Below, one piece after another: positions 27,650-40,830 of a DNA stretch of 64,000 nucleotides. Each line of letters begins with the position of its first letter. Position 1 is the first letter of the stretch. Source of the DNA: Tubulanus polymorphus (Eukaryota > Animalia > Nemertea); contig NC_134027.1 of NCBI RefSeq assembly GCF_964204645.1, positions 5,302,485 to 5,366,484 on the forward strand, in the 5' to 3' direction. The translations under genes and the position numbers were made by a program. The notes beneath the pieces are model-generated. The model was not told the origin of the DNA and ran no database searches. It saw nothing but the letters and a program-made list of their open reading frames with translations.

Positions 27650-29004
27650 CAATAGGCATGCCTATTTAAACACTATCTGCACATAGTGTACTTGAAAAAA
27701 TATGCTGTATTCAAAAGATAGAGAATTAATTAGAATTGCGTTGATCTCTGTGCAAACAAACCTCTTCAGTATGCTGTTACAGCGAAATGTGCATCTATAT
27801 GAGGAACGTTTTAGAGATCTGATATGTCATTAGTGAAATGAATTGCAACCACATTTTGGTGTTCATTTGATGTATATTTAATCAATTATTTTGTGTAAAA
27901 TAATGTGTGGCCAAATAAATCTATTCATCAGTCTGTGATGGTTCATTGTCAACCACATATATTATAATCATGTCAATAAAGAATGATTTTAAAATTTTAT
28001 ACAAATTGATACATAGATGTTCTAGTTTTTTATATGATTCATCTTGTGGATTTTACAACCAGCAACACACGAGTGGCTAAAATCTAATGACTATATGATC
28101 AGTAGAGCGAAGTCGTGGTTTCACTATCCTCTGACCAGAAATGTATTTAAAACTTTAAATAGGAAATTGTTAAAGTGGGATCTAAAAAGGTAGGTCGTTT
28201 CATAGATAAAACAGCTTGGTAAAGTGTTGGAAAAGCTGAGGGTTAGCTCCAGGCAGCATATTTGTGTACTACAGCGCCTCTGATTAATCACCAAAATGTC
28301 ACACTAATCGATCATGCGATGTTTCTGTCACCTATTATAGTCTCTTCAAACCAGGATGAAATACAACAGATAAGCCAATTATCGTATTGGTATATTTAAT
28401 TCATATTTTTTACAAAATCAATTAATTCAATCGAGAATATATAAGGAAATACAGGTATATCAATTATACGATGTATATGTGAGTAATAATCATGTTGATT
28501 TTAGGATATGAAAAAAATCACAGGTTACGGTATATAAAATCTACAGCACCATTTTAATACAGGATTGAGGAAACTGTCATGAGACATTCATATGAGTTTC
28601 ATATGAGCAACTGTCATGCAATGACATTTAAATTCTTGCATACACTTTGGACATAGATTTTTCATCTATTTCATTGGTCTAGATACAACAAAATCAAGGA
28701 ATCATTGTTTAGCAAACACAAAACAGCAAAAATCTCTACGAATTTTCGTTTTTCTTTATATATTACAATAAAAATAAACCAATTAATAATTTGGTTCTGT
28801 ACACGACTTGACTAGGACTCATCCATTCTAAAACTTTTGTTTTGTAGCGAGCCTTGACCAAAAAATACATCCGTATTGTTTGCCATGACTTCGAACTTAT
28901 GAATAACCTTACAGCCTATTTGTATTACAACTATGAACAAGATTATAATCTCATCCATGTTCGGCTGCATCATTGGTTTCGTTTTTATTCTTATGCACTT
29001 GAAA

Positions 29005-29130
29005 CCAGTTGCACAGTTATGACTTAAGTCCAAAAGTGGTCTTATATCAAAATGGTCTTTAGTTATTAAATTGGCTAAAACCATCTTAGACTGGTCTTGA
29101 ATCTAAGCCACCACCGTGCAACAGGCCCCA
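29005..29130. mobile_element. Short palindromic MITE-like element
   Basis: Imperfect TIR CCAGTTGCAC...GTGCAACAGG with internal imperfect symmetry. Confidence 0.45.
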
Positions 29131-29790
29131 GAGTGAATACTTAAATGCACCGACTGGGATTGGTACCTAGGAATCATCTGCATATTTACAAACACATACA
29201 TTGAATAGAAAATCAGCATTTCAAGAGACAACCTCTCATTATTGAATCATTCATTCATATATCAATTGGTTTATACTGCAGCAATATTTAAACACGCTGG
29301 CCATGTATTGCTTACTCTCTTACCATATATGAACTATCTAATCTATTCATTCATTCTATGCAAAAAAGCATTTTACGTCATTACAGGCACGCAGAAGAAT
29401 ACTGGTGATCTCACTACTTTCTGTCCAGCAGAAATGATTTAAATACGAATATCAGTATACTATCTATAATATATATCAAGTAAATACATAAAGTCAGCAG
29501 TTACGCTAACAATCGAAATAAAAGCTACAATATCCTACAAAATTAAAAATCCTCCATAACCAAACTTTTTATCTCCAATAACTTCATATCATTATCAAAT
29601 TGTTGTATTCAATCCAGGCTAATATGTGTTTATATAGTGTTGTTGACTTACATTTACAAATACATTGAAAATACTGTTTTTTTGGTAGTTGTACTGATGC
29701 GCAGTTATGTCATACTGGCTTACAAATATTACAACAAATATTTTCAAATCTTGAATATGAGAAATTACTAAATCATTTCATTAAGATTTA

Positions 29791-32383
29791 TCATTCACGT
29801 TTGTATCCATTTGGAGGGTTTTGAAGTTTAAACTCAGAGTGCAATGCTGGAGATGATTCTGATTTTGTGTCATCATGATGCTGCCAATGTGACGATGGAG
29901 ATCTCGGAGAGTTATTTTGTGATCGTGTTAATTGTTGTTCAAGTTGAGGAGACTGTGGATGGTGTAGAGTCGGCGCTAATGGAAGATGTGCTTCGAGTCC
30001 ATGCCTTAAACTGTTCTCAATTACAGATATACGTGCAGCTTCTCCAATATGCGTAATCGTGTGCTGATCATGATGTGACGACATCGCTGGTAGTTGATCG
30101 AATTGTTGCTGGTGATGACCATTTTGAAGGTCATGTAAAGGTGACTGCGACATCATGGGTCCCTGTGGTGGCGGAGGAATGCTGGCTGTTAATGGCCCAG
30201 GTGATGTCGAAGGACCACTAGTTAACAACTCATGTCCAGCACCTGAAATAAAAAGTGTAGCTCATAAGCATTCATAACATCATTAAATCAATGCTTTGTA
30301 TGAATTGAGGACATTTTTAGTGTAAGACATGTGCTGTGCAAAAAATAGAGAACTAAAATATGTGCACTTGGAACGAACTGTGGACATGCTTAATGTTAGC
30401 TACCACCCATGACCTAGATATGACCAGAAAAGAATTAGTTTTCAAAAGTCATTTAATCAGAAATTCAAGGGGTTGACAAAAAAGGCACTCAGATGCAGGT
30501 ACCTGAGTATTCTTGATCATGGCTGTAGTAGCCATCATAAGCCGACAGTTGATTGAGGTCCACTTTAATTGAAGGTAATGCTGTAATGGAATTCATGCAA
30601 AGCTAATTGAAGGTGACGTAGCTGACTAAATACCGATGTTAAGCGTTTCGGAAGATTCTACGAAAATCGTTTTAGATAATCTATGATTGATTTTGCGAAT
30701 GGAATAAGGATAAGACAATTATAGGGAGCTGAAGCAGAGGGAATTTGAAAATGTACAAATAAAACTAACCACCAAGTAGCATCTCTTGCAACAAGTTGTC
30801 AACTTTTGCTACACCAAATAGTTTAGCAAATTGAACCTGTTCTATCATCTGCCATGTGATACTTTGTAATGCTGGTAAAAGGAGTAAAACTTCTCCAAAA
30901 CGACCTCTAGAGTCATACTGTCGATCATTGATGTAGTCTTCCAAGTTGATCTGAACCTGATACCTCATGCTTTTTACTTTATTACTGTCTACTGCAGCTT
31001 TTGCTGTAATTATATCATATAATCACGAAATAAAGTATGTAATCTTAATTCAAGGACTCTTAACGGCTGCTCAAATGAACTGCAGATACATACCTGGATC
31101 AAAAAATACAATGGATTTCAGACAGGCAAATTCTGTGTCATCAACTTGAACTTCACGTAGTGGTAAAACTAATTCATCTAAGATACGATTTGCTATACGA
31201 CTAAATTCTATTTCTGTAGTATGCCTCGGGATGATATAATCATTTCCGAGCAACAATAGATCTGAATAATGTATGGATCGCCTGGCAACCCCTAACAATA
31301 AATGTTCCCCGGCATGAGCCCGAAGTAATGCGATCTGAAAGATATTATGAAAGCATTTAATTCTATGTAAATTTAGGAAGATGGCTTTATCAGGAATGAA
31401 AGTTCAATATATCATCTCATTTTCTCTACTGGCATCTGTCAGTACCTGATCATCCAGAGTCAGTTCACAGAATGGTCCAATCTGTTTAGCCCATTCTACG
31501 AGAATTAACAATTGCTGTTTCATAGATTCGCATACATCAATTACTGTGGCGATTTTCTTCTGTGAAATATCTGCTCCTGGAGGCAATGAAGTTGGACATG
31601 CCATCTGAAATAATGAAGTAAAACCGAAATTCAGAGTTGAAAAAACTACATAGCATTCAAAGCAGCCAGGGAAATCTGCTACCAAGCTAGAAGCTGGATA
31701 AGAAGATAACTAAGCATTTTTTTGTAAATTATTCATTGACTCAATGCAAAAGCGGTTTCAAAGCAGAGTAAATTTTACCTCGCATACCTGCCTTGAAACT
31801 AATTCTGCATGGAGCAGGTTTGTCACAGACAGGGCGCTATTCTGCTGAAGTTCCTCATAAGATGTACGTCTAACACTGATTCTATCACGTTCATTCTGAA
31901 CTGCTGGAAATGTATAGAAATTCTATCTTCATTAAATATGTGTCCTCTTACCCCTATATCCTTATACATATATATGCAAAACCATGGATAGAAAATCTAA
32001 CCCCGACTTATACCATGGACTCTAAAACGTTTTCTAGAGTCCACGCTTAAACCTACCTTCTTTTCTCATTCCAGCCCGAAAACATTTTCTCAGGCGACAA
32101 TATCGACATTGGTTTCGCTTATCTTTGTCAACAACACAATTACGTGTAAAACGACATGTGTATACGTGATTTTTCCTGACACTCCGTCGAAAGAAGCCTT
32201 TACATCCATCACAGCTCGCCGCTCCGTAGTGTTTACCTGTAGCCCGGTCTCCGCATATCGCACAGAACTGGTTATGCATTGGGCTGTTGTTATTATTATT
32301 ATTCGGTGATTGAATTGATTGCACAGATTGTGACATAGTCGGCAAATTTGGTAACATGTTGTTGTTCACTGGCTCTCCACTTT
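29791..32383 (-). CDS. HNF4: Hepatocyte nuclear factor 4 (NR2A) core exons; first coding exon(s) lie upstream between 32940 and 37556
   Basis: [123 protein letters not shown]. Pro/His-rich F domain. Confidence 0.97.
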
Positions 32384-35300
32384 CTAGAAAATATAACATC
32401 CATAAAAATCAAGATTCAATCTCTATCTGAATACATTTCATCTACGCAACATGTATTATAGAAAAACTTTATTGAGTTGCGGTCATGGATAATACGCCCC
32501 AAAAAGAGACAGTAGTATCAATCATGTGTTATCTTAATACATATACCCTTTGAGCGTATAGCAGGATTGAACATTGCACCAAGTTCATCTAATTCGGTTT
32601 TCATGAAACCTTTACCCACCCAAATCAAAGTGCAGAGTCTATACCTACGTATAAGACCCTTACCCTAGTCACATTTATTATTGGGATTTCAGGCACAATG
32701 AAGACACGTTCAGTTTTTCTTCCTTCGTCGCAATTGATGATTAAGGATTTACGAGCAAAATTCAGACCTTTTCAGCCAGGTAAAGGTGTGTATTAGTACA
32801 TGAATATAAATTCGAAAAATTCTCTCAAAGAAAAATGCTTTTCTGTTCGAACATTCGAGGTTTAAATCTAAATTCATGATTTATCTTAAAAGCTCTTCAA
32901 AAGAAAGTTGAATATTTGTTCAATCTTTGCAAAACTTACCCCCGTGATAATGAAACTGCATGGTGTCTTTTTGACATCCAAACGGTAATTAATTCAGAAA
33001 TAACAGTGCGATCCTAAATACTTTTCTGTGTCCCCGGCATGTAATTGAAACTGTCATTGTTCTAACTAAATGCAAATAGTAGGTAGCTGCATTACGTTCC
33101 ATGAGAGCGTCTATCGTCCTAGGCAATGACGTAGATTGGTGTCTCGCAATCTGCTTCGCAGGTCATATGATTTCAATCAGGGCCTTTCATGAGTAAACAT
33201 GTCTTCATTTTTATCAATTTGATCTTACCAATATTATACAGTCATATTCTGATTACAATAAGTCTGGGGCATGGCAACATAAAAGTGTGATTTATAATAG
33301 GGTAAAATTCCTCTATCCCGGTCTGTTTGCGAGTTTGCCATACTTCTAATGATATTCATTATCAATATGTCTCGTAAATTAATTTCCGTCTTATCCTATA
33401 TGCTATTCAAGTACTGAATACATTTTTGTCATTCTTCACCCTCATAAAATGGACAATTACCCAAAATGAAGGATTTCGCAAAAATACCCTAGAAATAAGC
33501 ACTCTATGTACGACTTCCATTTTAATGAAATAATCAATTTTCTTTTCTCCCAATGTTAGTCGCAGCGAAGTACAGAATGTTTAAAAAAGATAACATTCTA
33601 GCCTAGTTCGCTTAGAATCTTAAACATTAAGTTCCTGATAAACACTTGAAACGTTATCAATAATTATCAGAAAGTACGATCATATGAATTCAAACTGAAA
33701 TTCACCCACAAATTTATGCTATAGAACCAGAACAGTAAAGATTTTATTTATTCAAAATACAGCAGCAAAATTTATCAGGTCAACATTGATTTACCTTACA
33801 TTCACTACTTTATTGAAAACAACCAATAGACACGCTGTATTTATTGTTTCTGGAATTTAGATTTAACCATCATTATAGGTCAGATAAACGATATAATGAC
33901 TGATCATGATCGAACTGAATTAGCGAAAAGTGAAAAAATAAACACCTCAAATCATATAGAAATTAATGTAGCTAACCTGTACGATGACTATTACGAATTG
34001 CGGTTTTCCGTTTCATCAGTTAACTTTGAAATATGAATCTATAACACTCGATGATTCATTTGGGCTTCTGCTAATGTTAGATACGTCAAAATATAATGAA
34101 TTCAATAAATCATTAACCAAACGGATACTATTGAATACTATGATAAATATGTATTCATGTCATAAGCTTTTTGAGTATATATAATATCAACAAACATGTC
34201 AGGGTTTCAACACGCCCGAACGAAAATGTCATATCTATCTTTAAACAGATTTCCTATTCTATTCATTGGAATAAATGGAGACGGTCTTCAAACCAGATCC
34301 TCTGTAAAATCATATCTTATCTTTCACACTGACATTTTAGAAAGCGAACTAAATCTCTATGTAAATCACTGATAAGATAATGAATTATGAAGTGCATAGT
34401 ACTGGTTACAGTGAGGTAACACTACACTAGCTTATACATGTTCAAACACTGTACCAATGTTTGTCATTTGAAACACATTTTCCATCTATCACAGATTTGC
34501 CACTTGTTTTAATTTTCAACTTGATAAATCAGACTGACTGCATCCGTTCATGTTGAAGATGAGATGAATGGATAGTACAATGACAAATTACGTAATAATT
34601 CGTTATGATCACTGTTGATTCTAGCCACCAGATTCCATATATGAATATGATTGCAATACAAGCCCGTAGCGTGGGGCGTATGCACTGCCATTCCCCTTCC
34701 CCAGCGCAAAATGCTGACCAGGGCCATCTATTAAAACAAAATTATGATATGTTTTTGGACCTTCGAGGGATGAACTGTTTTTGATGAAATGTTATTTGAT
34801 TATAAAAAGAAATTTTCTTTTTTCGCCTAAGAGAGAAAACACTTTCCTCAATAACCTCCTGATTATCAGAATCATTTTGATTGGCCGATTTTAGTATCTT
34901 ATCATTATCATGACCCGAATTGTTAAGACAAAATGTAAATCATCAGAGATGCTTGAACATGCCACGTCACATTGCTTATTAGGGCCAAAATTTTATTGGT
35001 TATAGTCTTTGCGATCCAAATGTATTCATTCATCATTGAAGCTGACAAAAATCGGCAATCATGGTTTTGGCTCAGCAATTTATGGTTTGAAGATAAAATA
35101 TACGGAAATTGACAGCTAGAAAAGATGAAAAATCAATACAAACCCACCAAATCTAAATTGTGTAACACTTTGATGAAGTTATTCCGATAAAACCTCCAAG
35201 TTTTAGTCAACAACTCACTCACGTTCAGTGAAGCTGGCAGTCACAAGCTACACATGATTATTACCAGGAAATTCTATAAAAATCCTAATTCAGTGTCCTA

Positions 35301-37556
35301 ATTCTCTGCGCTCATATGATGTTACAATAAATCCATCTATGTATGTGTGTAGGCCTATTTTTAGATAATGAGCCAGGAGCAAAGTCCCGCATGCAATAAT
35401 TACACAATATTTGTGTGACCAAAAACACAGATTTAAACCAAATGCACAAAATCACAATATAAGAGTATTTTCTCAATTGAATTAAGAATTTTTTTGCCTA
35501 TCAACTACCATATAATTCTACCTCTGCCTTGTTGCTTTTTGAATTTATGAAATAAGAAACAAAATATGAAAAGGTTTATGAAGTCAAATACCGAAATAAC
35601 TTACCCCATGAAAATTTTGGCCATGTGAGAAAGTGTTCTCCATTGATACCATTGTTGCCTTCCATGACTGGTGACAACAGCGTAAATTACTTAAACCTAA
35701 TCTTTAGTAGTATATATTAGCGTTTTATGTTCCACAATCAATTGATTTCTCTCTCTCTCTTTCTCTCTTTCTCTCGCAAATAATGATATTGTACGTCCTG
35801 CTTTTGTGAACAAACAATTTTTACTGCACAAGTTGACCAGGATCTAACCCATTTAACTTTCGATAGTTAGAAACACATGATAAGATGACAATGACACTGC
35901 ACGCAATACGCTTGGTTTCGTAGTTTCTGTCACAGAGAAGTCCAGAGAGATTTGAGACCAGTCCTGAAGAGTTGAGGGCTATCAGTGAATCACAAGTAAC
36001 CAGTAACAGAGCAGTGATTGGCCGGAGACAGTGTGACCCTAATTTGTTATCACCATGTATGATAAAGACACTATAGAAGAAATTTGACCAATTAAAATAA
36101 GTTAAATAATTCAAATTCACAGCATGTATACTTAACGAAATTAGATGAATTAAAAATTCAACGTAATCGTTTGAATTTGAAAAAAACCAAACTAAAACTT
36201 GTTATAAACATTCTGAAGAGAGTTGATGATCGAACAAGTTTTATTTATAGAACAGAAAAACAGAAATAATTCTACATAATTGTATTTTAGCTAAATTCAA
36301 TGTGGTCAGAAAACATCTTCCCAAAAAAACATCAGGCCCAGCTGGCAAAAAATAGATTTTTTAACTATATTAAGACAAAAGTAGGGGAAAACACAGAACA
36401 AAATTGGTACTAGATACAAAATAAAATCATAAACTATTTTTAGTTCCAGTTCAAACAAAAATTATGTTCAATGTGTATCATTCCACATCACAAGCAATGC
36501 AAAAAACAAAAGGTGCGTGTGATTACTGGCAACAGACCTACTTCCATTGACATTATTACAGGAAATGGTTTACTTTTTTCACGTGATTTCAAACCCTCTG
36601 CATCAGGGCATCAGTACTGAACATACGCGGAACAGATAAAAAGATGGTGGTTATTTACATAGAGCTGATGTTGCACCATCATGGATCAAATCAAACTCAA
36701 CAGTTTGGTAGGCTACCACCCATCAAACAAGTCGCCTGAATATTATATATATTATGATGCATGGATACTGGAGGAGTACCAGATGGATTTTGGTTTAATA
36801 CTAAATAAACAAAGCAATGAATTCTTTCACAAACTAAATGACACGAGGCTCGTTATCAGGTGTGAATTCATTGGCTATCAATAGCTTAATCTCTGGATAA
36901 GGTGTTACTCCCTGACACCTGACTATTAATTGGTTGAATGAAGCACACTTTTATTGTGCCCCAGGAGTTTAGAAGCAATTCTCACACTACTTCATGAGGT
37001 TCTAAAGCGCGAAAAATTATTCAACTCAGTAATAAAGTTAAAAACCTGCTGCTGAGGAACTGAGTTCCTGGTTAATAATTAGATTATCATTTGTGACACA
37101 CATGAATGGTCAATCACCGGGAATAATTCTTTGCGAACCGTGAACCCAAGGGTGGTGGATCACCTTTTAAATTTCCTTTCCTTTATTTTCTGGTTTCCAA
37201 CGCTTCACTAATCGTCTAATGTACTTGAGATCAGCTTGTGCCTGTGCCTAAAAATTCCCAGAATTTCTGATAGACTAATTTTTCAAAATTTTCTTTGGGA
37301 TGGCCCGCTGCGCGCAGAGCAACCCCACTTTGAAAATCATGGATCCACCCGCTGGTCCTGGTCTGGTGCCTGGTAGAGGGGACCCGGCGGATTTTGAATC
37401 CGCTCCATCATAATTCTTTTTTTAATAAAAAAGTCGTCAAAAAAGTTTTAGGCCAATCGAAAAAGGCTACGGTTGTTCTGACAATTGCCGAAGAATGTCA
37501 ACATTGTTCTGTATCGTATTACCTTTTCGCGGCTTGTTGACATGTTCTCGCTTCAT

Positions 37557-37764
37557 CGCATTCAGTCGGGATTTTCCTATAGATTTCACGCTTCGGTAAC
37601 CTGGACTTTCGCCTCTAAAGTAGCCGAACAATCGATCATGTGACAGGCATTGACTGGTTCCGCATGCGCGGTTAAACTGAATAAGAAGCGCGCGTTTCCA
37701 CGGCCGAGTGGCTCCATGCGTGTGTGCGGAAAATTCAAAACTACCTAAGCTAGGCCAGCCAGGA
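37557..37764. promoter_or_regulatory. CpG-rich putative bidirectional promoter (distal HNF4 exon / orphan gene)
   Basis: Local CpG enrichment and an NRF1-like CGCATGCGCG at 37661-37670, between divergent candidate first exons. Confidence 0.4.
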
Positions 37765-38570
37765 ATGCAGCAGTCACTCGCAGTAACTGTATTGCATTAC
37801 ATTTCATGAATTTTGAATTAGTGAATGATTACACTATGCAAGATACGCCAACAAGTGTGATACCGGTATCGAGTGCAAAATTTCAAATTCGACTGACTGG
37901 CTTCCGTTCCACACCACACCCAACCAAAAATAAACCAACCCGAACAAACAACCCCCACCCAACCGACCCAGCCGACCTCTCGCTCGACCTCGCCATCGGT
38001 CGCCATCGGTCGCTTAGTCTCACTACTCAGTCCTGACATACGATCATCCACCCGCCCACAAAATGAATGATTTTTAATTAATTGATAATTTAGTCCACTC
38101 GTTTACTGAACCTCTGCAACGCCGGTACTTCTTCGTGGCCGTGGGCAATTTTGGCTGATCATTCATTTTCGATTTAATTCAAATTCCTATTTCAAACGCT
38201 ACAAAATTCTGCTCATACCAGCCAATGCCCACTTCCAACAACCGCAAAAAACCGGCAAGCACCCCGTCCCCGGGGTAGCAGCGAGGGGTGGATCCAGGTC
38301 CAGGGGATGATCCAAAAATGTCAAGTTGCCCTAATCAAAATTTGACAGGAAAATCAAATATGTTAAACTGATACCTAAAAAATCTCAAATTCATAAAAGC
38401 TTCCCTTTATTTCAAAAGAAATTAGTTAATGTTTCCCGATGAGCTTTCTTTCGGGTGCCCTAATATTATTTGGAGTGCACTCCTCCCTAAATCAGATCCT
38501 GGCACATAGATCCGTACCTGTTAAAACTGCATGCATTTCAAGAATTGAAATTACATGTATATTTTTTCAG

Positions 38571-39978
38571 GTTAAAGGAAAAAATCAACAATGGATTCCA
38601 AGATATCGGTACAATCCATATTGGCCACCAACTGATACCAACAGGTTCAGTCTTCTAGACAGCAACATTTCACGAACTATGATTGGGCCAGTTTCACACC
38701 CTAAACCAGGTAAAATGCAGGCCTGCGCCTTCTTAGTTTAGTTTTTTTTGTTTGATGAAATACATTTAGAAATATTCAATTTCGCTATTAGAATATACCC
38801 GTACAACCCTCAATTTTAAGGATTCTATCAACGATGGCGACCTCCACTGATAAATCAGCCTTATATTCTTAGACCCAATTCAACTCGGTAAGCTGAATCT
38901 GAATTTGACATATACAACGAAGAAAAAATGAAAGGTTATTCAAATGGATTGATTGGTCAAACAAGTTTGTATCTTCTTTTTTAGAAACGCAGGCGCACAC
39001 ATTCGTTTCTTTGGACCTCGGGCATCATTCCATTGTTCGGTTAGTCGCTTTCAACCAGCAGTTCCAGGATCCACGCGAAATATCCTGACGTATCATCGGG
39101 CTCCACCCGCAGCGGTAGCGCCTGATACAAACAGAGATCCATCGAAATCATTCAGACAGCGGAATATAACACCATCGCCACCATTCCACGCTTATCCGTC
39201 GTCCAAGCCAAAAAATTCTCAGCATCCTCAAACGAAAGTTCGTCGACAGCTTAGATATCAGCAAAGAGGGTCTTTTTGTCACCATCCAGCACAGGTTGCT
39301 GGCCCCGTACGCAGTGCTTTATACTTTATGCCGAATAATGTGGTTGGTGGTCGATTAAACGAAGTCGGTGCGGGAGGAGACGGTCATCACAATTTAGCGC
39401 CGAGAAACGCTCCTACTTTATCCAACGATTGCGCAGCTTGTCAAAGTTTAGCAGTCGATTCATTGGCAAATAAACTGATCGGACTGCTCGACGAAAGCCT
39501 TATTGATGAAATATCGAAAGAGTATAACAATCTAAACGGCAATAAGGAGTCAGACGCAGTGAATCAACCAAAACGTGCAATTGATGAACCGGTGCTGGCT
39601 CCACAACCATCAAAGCCCGCAGCCACCGATGAACCTGTGTTGGTTCCTGCATCAGATGCATCTGTTACAAATAACGACGAAAATAAGTTATGCGCAAAGA
39701 TTTTAGCGACACTTCCACTCGGAAACGGTTACGATAGCGAGCTGTACCTAGTTCAGACCCAAAATGATGATGATCAGGTTGTTTCCGATGCTCTGACAAC
39801 AGCATCTGAGAAGAATATTCCCGCCGACACTGTTCCATATGAGTCTGTTGTTGATAAGAAAACGCTTGGTTTATTGTGTGATGATCGACGCATTAAAGGT
39901 TGTACATTAGAATGCAAAGACGGTCAGTGGTCCATGCATCTTGATCTGGATGAGACAAACAATGAATTATATTCATAA
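38571..39978 (+). CDS. Uncharacterised protein (Pro/Arg/aromatic-rich N-half, acidic C-half); exons 38571-38709, 38821-38887, 38985-39978; start exon uncertain
   Basis: Three phase-compatible GT-AG exons give about 400 open codons. No family recognised. Confidence 0.7.
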
Positions 39979-40830
39979 AAGATTTTTTCAGTAAATTTTT
40001 ATTGTTTACTAGTTTTGCAATACGTTGTTGTAGTGTGTTAGATACTTATACTTATTGATATGAATAAAAATGACCCGAAAAAGGCCATACTGGTAATGCA
40101 TATATTCGGTGTCATTGAGTTAATTTCATCACTCGATGAGTCAGGATGCCGAAGCAGTACGCGGCCCGAGATCATATTTCTAATTCAGCAGTCACCGTTT
40201 TGGGACCATACAAAATCAATCACTGTTATAGGAAACTCATTTGGTTATGTACGTCGACGCCACATTGGCAAAATTGACGTCATCGCGGCCGGTGCCGAGC
40301 GACACTAACTTAGATCGAACTTTCCACCGATGGCTCTCTGCACAGAAAGCACTTTTCGAAGTGCAACAACCCACCCATGCCGAGCTTTTGTGAGGGGGAG
40401 TTCTCAAGAAGAATGGCAATTTCTGAAAAATAGTACTCAATATATGTTGTGCCCGGCGGCCGGGGTCGACTGAGACACTTTTAAGTCATTTTCCAAAAAA
40501 GAATGAAAATTGTATCCAAGCAGCACTGTTAAAATACTGTACCGCAGGATAACTCTTCAATTATTAAAGAATTTTTTTAATCTCCAGTAAACGGTAAATC
40601 TCTAGCGGTTAAGGTAGTGGACGTGACTGGCAAACTGAATGCGGTTTCTTTTAGGGACTTTGTAAAGTCCTAAACCAGCATATAGCAATACTCTCGAAAC
40701 CAGTCTCAAGCGCTTCCGGTTTGTCGTCAAGGAAAACAATCCTGTTCTTCAAGATCTAGCCTAGGCCCTATATGAAAGAAATATTCCACTGAATTAAATC
40801 TCTGCTTTAACTGAGTCAGAAAGACACAGA

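Noticed and set aside
37900-38060. C/A-rich tract and overlapping short ORFs
   Set aside because: Low-complexity sequence with no splice or coding support. The G-runs on the minus strand are too irregular to call a G-quadruplex.
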